From IMG/VR virus record IMGVR_UViG_3300044274_000305: a stretch of 64,000 bases of DNA; one strand, 5' to 3'. Below are positions 63,858 through 64,000 of this stretch, in pieces. Each line of letters starts with the position of its first letter. Positions within the stretch are counted from its first letter, which is position 1. The position numbers and the translations under genes were made by a program. The DNA comes from a virus. Below the pieces are notes generated by a model. The model was given only the letters and a program-made list of their open reading frames with translations. It was not told the DNA's origin and made no database searches.

Positions 63858-64000
63858 GTGGAAGTGATAGCAATTGGATCCTGGGCACGATCATCGCGGG
63901 TTCCGGTTTGGTGGTTTCGTTGCTCACCGGTGCGATTGCCCGCGACAGGACGTTGACCAGGTTGATCGGCGACGGCGATGAGAAGTTGCACGAACGGATC
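63854..64000 (+). CDS. single-TM protein, truncated by the window end (holin-like)
   Basis: MSGSDSNWILGTIIAGSGLVVSLLTGAIA... Confidence 0.45.
   Translation, partial: MSGSDSNWILGTIIAGSGLVVSLLTGAIARDRTLTRLIGDGDEKLHERI

Noticed and set aside
1-64000. Integrase, att sites, CtrA boxes
   Set aside because: None recognised in the window; the integration module is presumably outside it.

Overview
The whole window is a temperate, HK97-head, long-tailed phage or prophage of about 60% GC. The host is probably an alphaproteobacterium, inferred from the DUF1194, GapR-like and DUF2793 genes and an RcGTA-like tail tip. No integrase or att site lies inside the window. Layout: (i) 1-8.0 kb leftward recombination operon with an SMC/Rad50-like ATPase, a vWA/DUF1194 gene, a C2H2 finger, RecE-like and RecT-like genes split by an acyl carrier protein, and a dead DEDDh exonuclease; (ii) 8.6-9.7 kb cI/cro switch; (iii) 9.7-19.1 kb rightward methylase/replication operon; (iv) 19.1-29.2 kb second leftward operon of small genes, including an antirepressor cassette; (v) 29.2-30 kb second divergent control region, probably containing the packaging end; (vi) 30-37.4 kb rightward cluster of small accessory genes and structured ncRNAs; (vii) 37.4-64 kb packaging, head, a four-gene glycosylation cluster, tail and lysis. 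The best find is at 21.5-23.3 kb on the minus strand. A nuclease-less Nop/IS110-like protein sits among five stem-loop units with the pattern stem-CCA-9 nt-TGANAGCCA-9 nt-TG-stem. This is a TIGR-Tas-like (TasA-type) RNA-guided DNA-targeting system, and two of its guide units are embedded inside protein-coding sequence. All family assignments were made by eye from motifs; no database search was run.
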